From Horticoccus luteus (lineage in GTDB: Bacteria; Verrucomicrobiota; Verrucomicrobiia; Opitutales; Opitutaceae), in NCBI RefSeq assembly GCF_019464535.1, contig NZ_CP080507.1, positions 330,001 to 362,000 of the forward strand: a DNA stretch of 32,000 nt, written 5' to 3'. Below the pieces are notes generated by a model. The model saw only the letters and a program-made list of their open reading frames with translations. It made no database searches and was not told where the DNA came from. Each line of letters opens with the position of its first letter. Positions within the stretch are counted from its first letter, which is position 1. Below, in pieces: positions 1-6,216 of the stretch. The position numbers and the translations under genes were made by a program.

Positions 1-507
1 CATGGCTTTGATCGAGGTGGAGACGAAGACTCCGAGGCTTTTCAGCAGGAAGCGCACGGAGTTGATGAGGTTGACACGGCTGCGCACAAGGGCCTCGCGG
101 ACTTTGAGCCGCACGAGGGCGCGTTGCGTGTCCTCGCTGCGGTGGCGGACCGGGCTGAGCAGCTGCGGGTCGGCGCGGCCCAGGCGCGCGAGCATCCGCG
201 CGTCCTCGCGGTCGGACTTGGTCTGGCTTTGCGAGATGGCGCGCAGCTTGCGGGCGTTGGCGACGATGACGGGGTGGCCGAGTGTGGTGACGAGACGCGA
301 GATCCACGGGCTGTGCGTGCCGGTCTCCATCACGATGGTCGCGCCCGGGTAGCGGGCGCTGAACGCGGTCAGCACTTCGCGGGTGTTGACGATCACTTCC
401 TCGGCGAGGATCTCGCCCGAGGCATCGAGGACGCACGCGTGGTGGCGGCGGTCCCCGAGGTCCAAGCCAACGGTTAGTTTTTCAACAGGAGGGGTTTTGG
501 TTTTCAT
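1..507 (-). CDS. IS110-family (DEDD/RuvC-like) transposase, N-terminal part; gene runs off left edge
   Basis: Own translation of the minus strand from ATG at 507-505: MKTKTPPVEKLTVGLDLGDRRHHACVLDASGEILAEEVIVNTREVLTAFSARYPGATIVMETGTHSPWI... The GLDLGD..CVLD and VMETGTH motifs are typical of the IS110/IS1111 N-terminal domain. The ORF is absent from the supplied track because it has no stop inside the window. Confidence 0.75.
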   Translation of the reverse strand, partial: MKTKTPPVEKLTVGLDLGDRRHHACVLDASGEILAEEVIVNTREVLTAFSARYPGATIVMETGTHSPWISRLVTTLGHPVIVANARKLRAISQSQTKSDREDARMLARLGRADPQLLSPVRHRSEDTQRALVRLKVREALVRSRVNLINSVRFLLKSLGVFVSTSIKAM

Positions 508-545
508 ACGGCGGGAGATTATACACCCGCCTTCTCATCCCTACT

Positions 546-559
546 GGTTGAACCAAGCC
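546..559. repeat. Left inverted repeat of module A, GGTTGAACCAAGCC
   Basis: Its reverse complement matches 2970-2982 (GGCTTGTTCAACC) at 13 of 14 positions. It lies 3 bp inside the left repeat boundary. Confidence 0.7.
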
Positions 560-654
560 GCTGCGCGGCGGGGGTGAGCGGGTGTATATAGTGCGGGGCG
601 GGGCACGAGCGGAAGGATGGGCGGGAGGGCGGTGGCTGGCAAGGCTGCGGGTCT

Positions 655-1620
655 ATGCCCAAATCAAAATCGACGGGAAGAGAGTCCACGCACGCGTCCA
701 CGCTGCGGGGTGGCGCCAGGAAGATCGCGGCACCGGATCCGGAGTCGGTGCAGCGTTTCGCGGAGACGATGCGGCTGCGTTCGCTGGCGGCAGCGACGCA
801 GGCCGAGTATCTGCGGTTTGTCCGCAAGTTGGCGACGCGCCACGGGGGCGATCCGGCCGCGCTCGATGAGGCCGCGGTCCGCGCGCATCTGCTGCGGTTG
901 AAGGACGAACACCACTACTCGCCCTCGTCGATGCGAACCGCGGTGGCGGCGATGCGGGCCTACTTCGGCCTGCACCTCGGGCGCGACTGGAAGCTGTTCG
1001 ATCTGGTGCGTTCGCCCTCGGCGCAAAAGCTGCCGACGGTGCTCACGCGCGCAGAGGTGGCGCGGCTGTTCGCGGTGGTGCGCGAGTTGCGTTTCCGCAC
1101 ACTGCTGCGGTTGATCTACGCGTGCGGATTGCGCATCGGCGAGGCGGTCAACCTGGAGGTGCGCGATCTGCGCGAAGCGGGTCGCGTGCATATCCGCGAG
1201 GCGAAGGGCAACAAGGAGCGCTACGTGCCGCTGCCGGAGGCGATGTTGCACGAGTTGCGCGCGTTCTGGCGGACGCACCGGCATCCGCGGTGGATTTTCC
1301 CGGGGGTCGGCCGCGGCTGGCGCGAGCAACCGGCGCGCGCGGCGCAACTGGCCGCCGCCGTCGAGCCGCTGGGCGTGGGCTCGGTGCAGCATTGCCTGCG
1401 GCTGGCGCGGGCCGAGGCGCGGCTGCCGGCGGGCACGGTGGTGCATACGCTGCGGCATTCGTATGCGACGCATCTGCTCGAGGAGGGCGTGTCGATCCGG
1501 CTGATCTCGGCGTATCTGGGGCACGCTTCGCTGGAGACGACGCTGATCTATACGCATCTGACGGCGGTCAACGAGAGCCACGCTCGCGCGGCGGTCGCGC
1601 GGTTGCTCGAACCACGCTGA
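655..1620 (+). CDS. Tyrosine recombinase / phage-integrase-family protein (321 aa)
   Basis: ATG-started ORF. Catalytic-type motifs are present: ACGLRIGEA (Arg), [10 protein letters not shown] (Lys), [15 protein letters not shown] (HxxR), [15 protein letters not shown] (His..Tyr). An N-terminal SAM-like core-binding pattern is also present. Confidence 0.9.
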   Translation: MPKSKSTGRESTHASTLRGGARKIAAPDPESVQRFAETMRLRSLAAATQAEYLRFVRKLATRHGGDPAALDEAAVRAHLLRLKDEHHYSPSSMRTAVAAMRAYFGLHLGRDWKLFDLVRSPSAQKLPTVLTRAEVARLFAVVRELRFRTLLRLIYACGLRIGEAVNLEVRDLREAGRVHIREAKGNKERYVPLPEAMLHELRAFWRTHRHPRWIFPGVGRGWREQPARAAQLAAAVEPLGVGSVQHCLRLARAEARLPAGTVVHTLRHSYATHLLEEGVSIRLISAYLGHASLETTLIYTHLTAVNESHARAAVARLLEPR

Positions 1621-1623
1621 CCG

Positions 1624-2703
1624 GTGCCGGTCCTCGCCGACTGGCTGGCGCGCGTCCGCGTGCCGGAGCGTTGCGCGCCGCGGGCGCGGCGCGCGCTCGC
1701 AGCGATCCGCCGCTGCCGCACGCCCGCCTTGGGCGGGCATGTGTATCGCTGCACGGATTGCGCGGGCACGGACTTCGCGTATCACAGCTGCCACCACCGC
1801 GCGTGTCCGCGCTGCGGCGGCGAGCGCACCGCGGCGTGGACGGCGCAGCAGGAGGCGCGGCTGCTGCCGGTGCCGTATTTTTTGGTGACGTTCACCGTGC
1901 CGGAGGAACTGCGCGCGGTCTTCGCCGCCGAGCCGGCGTTGATGCACGACCGGCTCTTCCGCGAGAGCGCGGCGACGTTGCAACAAGTCGCGGCGGAGCG
2001 GCGGTTGCTCGGTGCGGAACTCGGCTTCGTCGGCGTGCTGCACACCTGGGGCCGGCAGCTCCAGCATCATCCGCACGTGCATTATATCGTGCCCGGCGGC
2101 GGGCTCAGCCCCGACGGCAAAAAATGGTTGAACGCGCGGCAACGCGACTGGCTGCTGCCGGTGGCGAAGCTGGCGGCGGTGTTTCGCGGGCGGATGGAGG
2201 CGGTGCTGCGCGCGAGCGCTACGGCGCGGCACGCTTCGATTCCGGCCGGCACGTGGCGGAGCCGTTGGGTCGTGCATTGCCAGTCGGCCGGCAGGGGCGA
2301 GGCGGTCGTGCGCTATCTCGCGCGCTACGTCAGCCGCACGGCGATCAGCGACGAGCGCCTCGTCGCCGCCGACGACGAGCGCGTGGTGTTTAACTATACC
2401 GATGCGAAGACCCAGCAGCGGCGGCAGTGCACGCTCGGCGCGGAAGAGTTCCTGCGGCGGTATTTGCAGCACGTGCCGCCGGCCGGCCAGCATCGCGTGC
2501 GTTACTTCGGCTGGTTGCACCCGGCGGCGCACGCCCGCCGGATGACGGTGGAGACGCTGCTGCAAAAGCCGATCGTGCTCGCGGCGCCGCCGCCGGAGGC
2601 GCCGCGCTGGCACTTGCGTTGTCCGCACTGCGAACGGTTCACGCTCGTGCGCGTGGGCACGCTGCCGCGGCAGGCGCGCGCGCCGCCCCTTTGCCAGCGA
2701 TGA
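1624..2703 (+). CDS. IS91-family transposase (Zn-binding N-terminus + Y2 HUH rolling-circle domain, 359 aa)
   Basis: GTG start lies 3 nt after the recombinase stop. The Cys/His cluster CTDCAG..HSCHHRACPRCG marks the transposase zinc-binding domain. HHPHVHYIVPGGG is an HUH motif and VRYLARYVSR is a YxxxY motif. Confidence 0.9.
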   Translation: MPVLADWLARVRVPERCAPRARRALAAIRRCRTPALGGHVYRCTDCAGTDFAYHSCHHRACPRCGGERTAAWTAQQEARLLPVPYFLVTFTVPEELRAVFAAEPALMHDRLFRESAATLQQVAAERRLLGAELGFVGVLHTWGRQLQHHPHVHYIVPGGGLSPDGKKWLNARQRDWLLPVAKLAAVFRGRMEAVLRASATARHASIPAGTWRSRWVVHCQSAGRGEAVVRYLARYVSRTAISDERLVAADDERVVFNYTDAKTQQRRQCTLGAEEFLRRYLQHVPPAGQHRVRYFGWLHPAAHARRMTVETLLQKPIVLAAPPPEAPRWHLRCPHCERFTLVRVGTLPRQARAPPLCQR

Positions 2704-2969
2704 GTATAAAGATCAGGGACCAACTTATTATATTATTGCGACTCGCTCCCCGTGTCGCCGGCGGAAGCCTTGGTCGCGACGGACGCAAGACGGCTCGCGA
2801 GCCCGGTGACGGGCGGCGGACACCCTCTCGGCGGGCGAAAACGGACGCCGCCGGCACGTGCGCCCGCGACCGGCGAAGGATGCCGCCGTCCGGCGCTCCG
2901 CCCATCGGCGGTGGGCGGCCACTACAAAACGCATAAGCGGCGGTCGGAACCGCGGACGCCTTCGAAACG

Positions 2970-2982
2970 GGCTTGTTCAACC
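2970..2982. repeat. Right inverted repeat of module A, GGCTTGTTCAACC
   Basis: Partner of 546-559. It lies 41 bp inside the right repeat boundary, so placement is asymmetric relative to the left end. Confidence 0.7.
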
Positions 2983-2990
2983 CGCGTCCC

Positions 2991-3010
2991 GCTGCGCGCT
3001 ACGGCGCAGC
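2991..3010. repeat. Perfect 7-bp stem / 6-nt loop hairpin GCTGCGC-GCTACG-GCGCAGC in the distal right end of module A
   Basis: Direct inspection. The hairpin is identical in module B at 5830-5849. Confidence 0.8.
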
Positions 3011-3023
3011 AGAACGCTCAGAG

Positions 3024-3314
3024 TTAGCCCTTTGGTTCATTTTCGATTTTCATCCGAAAATACAAGCGACGCGTGAACGATACGATTGCATCGAAGAAGA
3101 GTCCGACAACCAAACATTCAGTGGCGAGCAACAAGATAACGACTGCAGCATTCATGTCGTGCGGATTCCCGCTCACCGCGATGCCTGCTTCGATAGGAAG
3201 AATGACAGGATACTGATACCAATGAATCGTCGGACTATTCTTGGGCACGACGGCCGCACAATAACCGAAGAACACAAGAGCGCCGGCTATGACAGTGAGG
3301 ATGTGCCTCGTCAT
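3024..3314 (-). CDS. Hypothetical small membrane protein (about 96 aa, two predicted TM helices) in a low-GC islet
   Basis: Internal ATG at 3314 of track ORF 3024-3395; the longer form would start inside module B. Hydrophobic stretches are ILTVIAGALVFFGYCAAVV and AAVVILLLATECLVVGLFF. Local GC is about 47% against about 66% in the surroundings. The TAA stop is exactly adjacent to the module A boundary. Confidence 0.4.
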   Translation of the reverse strand: MTRHILTVIAGALVFFGYCAAVVPKNSPTIHWYQYPVILPIEAGIAVSGNPHDMNAAVVILLLATECLVVGLFFDAIVSFTRRLYFRMKIENEPKG

Positions 3315-3348
3315 TCTGGAGCTCGTTTTTTGGCTAACGTTTGAGATC

Positions 3349-3375
3349 AGCCACGGGCGCTTGGGCCCGTTGGCT
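3349..3375. repeat. Hairpin with 10-bp stem and one extrahelical T (AGCCACGGGC / GCCCG-T-TGGCT)
   Basis: Direct base-pair check: 3349-3358 pairs with 3365-3375, T3370 is bulged, and the loop is 3359-3364. It sits between the left end of module B and the small ORF start. Confidence 0.6.
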
Positions 3376-3493
3376 GTAGCGACTGGTTGAACCAAGCCGC
3401 TGCGCGGCGGGGGTGGGCGGGTGTATATAGTGCGGGGCGGGGCACGGGCGGAAGGATGGGCGGGAGGGCGGTGGCTGGCAAGGCTGCGGGTCT

Positions 3494-4459
3494 ATGCCCA
3501 AATCAAAATCGACGGGAAGAGAGTCCACGCACGCGTCCACGCTCCGGGGTGGCGCCAGGAAGATCGCCGCGCCCGATCCGGAGTCGGTGCAGCGTTTCGC
3601 GGAGACGATGCGGCTGCGTTCGCTGGCGGCGGCGACGCAGGCCGAGTATCTGCGGTTTGTCCGCCAGTTGGCGGCGCGCTGCGGCGGCGATCCGGCCGCG
3701 CTCGATGAGGCCGCGGTCCGCGCGCATCTGCTGCGGTTGAAGGACGAACACCACTACTCGCCTTCGTCGATGCGAACCGCAGTGGCGGCGATGCGGGCCT
3801 ACTTCGGCGTGCACCTCGGGCGCGACTGGAAGCTGTTCGATCTGGTGCGTTCGCCCTCGGCGCAAAAGCTGCCGACGGTGCTCACGCGCGCAGAGGTGGC
3901 GCGGCTGTTCGCGGTGGTGCGGGTGCCGCGGTTCCGCACACTGCTGCGGTTGATCTACGCGTGCGGATTGCGCATCGGCGAGGCGGTCAACCTGGAGGTG
4001 CGCGATCTGCGCGAAGCGGGTCGCGTGCATATCCGCGAGGCGAAGGGCAACAAGGAGCGCTACGTGCCGCTGCCGGAGGCGATGTTGCACGAGTTGCGCG
4101 CGTTCTGGCGGACGCACCGGCATCCGCGGTGGATTTTCCCGGGGGTCGGCCGCGGCTGGCGCGAGCAACCGGCGCGCGGGGCGCACCTGGCCGCCGCCGT
4201 CGAGCCGCTGGGCGTGGGCTCGGTGCAGCATTGCCTGCGGCTGGCGCGGACCGAGGCGCGGCTGCCGGCGGGCACGGTGGTGCATACGCTGCGGCATTCG
4301 TATGCGACGCATCTGCTCGAGGAGGGCGTGTCGATCCGGCTGATCTCGGCGTATCTGGGGCACGCTTCGCTGGAGACGACGTTGATCTATACGCATCTGA
4401 CGGCGGTCAACGAGAGCCACGCCCGCGCGGCGGTCGCGCGGTTGCTCGAACCACGCTGA
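3494..4459 (+). CDS. Tyrosine recombinase (copy B, 321 aa)
   Basis: About 9 amino-acid differences from 655-1620. All catalytic motifs are retained. Confidence 0.9.
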   Translation: MPKSKSTGRESTHASTLRGGARKIAAPDPESVQRFAETMRLRSLAAATQAEYLRFVRQLAARCGGDPAALDEAAVRAHLLRLKDEHHYSPSSMRTAVAAMRAYFGVHLGRDWKLFDLVRSPSAQKLPTVLTRAEVARLFAVVRVPRFRTLLRLIYACGLRIGEAVNLEVRDLREAGRVHIREAKGNKERYVPLPEAMLHELRAFWRTHRHPRWIFPGVGRGWREQPARGAHLAAAVEPLGVGSVQHCLRLARTEARLPAGTVVHTLRHSYATHLLEEGVSIRLISAYLGHASLETTLIYTHLTAVNESHARAAVARLLEPR

Positions 4460-4462
4460 CCG

Positions 4463-5542
4463 GTGTCGGTGCTCGCCGACTGGCTGGCGCGCGCCCGCGT
4501 GCCGGAGCATTGCGCGCCGCGGGCGCGGCGCGCGCTCGCAGCGATCCGCTGCTGCCGCACGCCCGCCTTGGGCGGGCACGTGTATCGCTGCACGGAGTGC
4601 GCGGGCACGGACTTCGCGTATCACAGTTGTCACCATCGCGCTTGCCCGCGCTGCGGCGGCGAGCGCACCGCGGCGTGGACGGAGCGGCAGGAGGCGCGGC
4701 TGCTGCCGGTGCCGTATTTCCTGGTGACGTTCACCGTGCCGCAGGAACTGCGCGCGGTCTTCGCCGCCGAGCCGGCGTTGATGCACGACCGGCTCTTCCG
4801 CGAGAGCGCGGCGACGTTGCAACAAGTCGCGGCGGAGCGGCGGTTGCTCGGTGCGGAACTCGGCTTCGTCGGCGTGCTGCACACCTGGGGCCGGCAGCTC
4901 CAGCATCATCCGCACGTGCATTATATCGTGCCCGGCGGCGGGCTCAGCGCCGACGGCAAAAAATGGGTGAACGCGCGGCAACGCGACTGGCTGCTGCCGG
5001 TGGCGAAGCTGGCGGCAGTGTTTCGCGGGCGGATGGAGGCGGTGCTGCGCGCGAGCGCTCCGGCGCGGCACGCTTCGATTCCGGCCGGCACGTGGCGGAG
5101 CCGTTGGGTCGTGCACTGCCAGCCGGCCGGCAGCGGCGAGGCGGTCGTGCGCTATCTCGCGCGCTACGTCAGCCGCACTGCGATCAGCGACGAGCGCCTC
5201 GTCGTCGCCGATGACGAACGCGTGGTGTTTAACTATACCGACACGAAGACGCAGCAGCGGCGGCAGTGCACGCTCGGCGCGGAAGAGTTCCTGCGGCGGT
5301 ATTTGCAGCACGTGCCGCCGGCCGGCCAGCATCGCGTGCGTTACTTCGGCTGGCTGCACCCGGCGGCGCACGCCCGCCGGATGACGGTGGAGACGCTGCT
5401 GCAAAAGCCGATCGTGCTCGCGGCGCCGCCGCCGGAGGCGCCGCGCTGGCACTTGCGCTGCCCGCACTGCGAACGGTTCACGCTCGTGCGCGTGGGCACG
5501 CTGCCGCGGCAGGCGCGCGCGCCGCCCCTTTGCCAGCGATGA
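4463..5542 (+). CDS. IS91-family transposase (copy B, 359 aa)
   Basis: About 15 amino-acid differences from 1624-2703. Zn-binding, HUH and YxxxY motifs are retained. Confidence 0.9.
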   Translation: MSVLADWLARARVPEHCAPRARRALAAIRCCRTPALGGHVYRCTECAGTDFAYHSCHHRACPRCGGERTAAWTERQEARLLPVPYFLVTFTVPQELRAVFAAEPALMHDRLFRESAATLQQVAAERRLLGAELGFVGVLHTWGRQLQHHPHVHYIVPGGGLSADGKKWVNARQRDWLLPVAKLAAVFRGRMEAVLRASAPARHASIPAGTWRSRWVVHCQPAGSGEAVVRYLARYVSRTAISDERLVVADDERVVFNYTDTKTQQRRQCTLGAEEFLRRYLQHVPPAGQHRVRYFGWLHPAAHARRMTVETLLQKPIVLAAPPPEAPRWHLRCPHCERFTLVRVGTLPRQARAPPLCQR

Positions 5543-5837
5543 GTATAAAGATCAGGGACCAACTTATTATATTATTGCGGCCCGCGCCCCGTGCCGCCGG
5601 CGGCAGCCTTGGCCGCGACCGACGCAAGACGGCTCGCGCCCCCGGTGACGGGTGGCGGACTCCCTCTCGGCGGGCGAAAACGGACGCTACCGGCACGTGC
5701 GCCCGCGACCGGCGAAGGATGCCGCCGTCCGGCGCTCCGCCCATCGGCGGTCGGAGGCCACTACAAAACGCATAAGCGGCGGACGGAACCGCGGACGCCT
5801 TCGAAACGGGCTTGTTCAACCCGCGTCCCGCTGCGCG

Positions 5838-6110
5838 CTACGGCGCAGCAGAACGCTCAGAGATCGGCTCTTTCTGGGACGCGCGCAATAGAACGACGCG
5901 CTTTTCATCGGTCGCCGAAAGGCGGCCATAATCTACGTCGATCATGATCCCACGACAGGAACAACGGGCACTTTCTTTCGGGTGCGATTCGAGCACCTCG
6001 CCGCACGAGGGACACTGATAGTAAAGGTCCGCACCGGTAGGCCATCCCTTCGAGCAATCAAAGGGCACGACTTTACTGGCGAACCGGGAGTTGAACTCAG
6101 AAGCCGTCAT
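5838..6110 (-). CDS. Hypothetical small protein (90 aa) with Cys-rich zinc-ribbon-like pattern
   Basis: ATG start at 6110. The pattern CPSCGEVLESHPKESARCSC is present. Local GC is about 53%. The last 8 codons and the TAG stop lie inside the distal hairpin segment of module B. Confidence 0.45.
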   Translation of the reverse strand: MTASEFNSRFASKVVPFDCSKGWPTGADLYYQCPSCGEVLESHPKESARCSCRGIMIDVDYGRLSATDEKRVVLLRASQKEPISERSAAP

Positions 6111-6216
6111 TTCTTCCGCCGATCAGTGTTATTCGCCCATACTCAGTGTGGCAATGCCAGAACTGAACGAGAGCGGGGGTTGCAGTTGAGGTGGGGAACG
6201 GAAACTCGGTTAGCCG

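Larger units (their letters stand above)
543..3023 (+). mobile_element. IS91-family-like module A (tyrosine recombinase + Y2 HUH transposase + 320-bp non-coding tail)
   Basis: This 2,481-bp block is repeated at 3382-5862 with a constant offset of 2,839 and no net indel. Similarity starts at 543/3382 and stops at 3023/5862. Flanks on both sides are unrelated. Confidence 0.8.
3382..5862 (+). mobile_element. IS91-family-like module B (second copy)
   Basis: Same length and organisation as module A. By-eye alignment shows a few percent nucleotide divergence, with both synonymous and nonsynonymous changes. Both ORFs are intact. IRs are at 3385-3398 and 5809-5821. Confidence 0.8.

Noticed and set aside
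2-577. + strand ORFs at the left edge (2-352, 124-477, 383-577)
   Set aside because: They are antisense to the clearly IS110-like minus-strand reading frame, and their translations are low-complexity.
664-2628. 654-aa minus-strand ORF antisense to the recombinase and transposase (and its twin 3503-5467), plus alternative-frame + ORFs 1122-2393 and 3961-5214
   Set aside because: The translations are Arg/Pro/Ala/Gly-rich low-complexity sequence, typical of off-frame or antisense ORFs in high-GC DNA. They fully overlap genes with clear catalytic motifs.
2975-3029. Calling 2975-3029 (GTTCAAC ... GTTAGCC on the + strand) a bona fide 55-bp attC
   Set aside because: R''/R' pairing is only partial and the L-box spacing is asymmetric. 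The equivalent site of module B (5814-5868) lacks the AAC of the inverse core. It is kept as a hypothesis in the findings, not as a feature.
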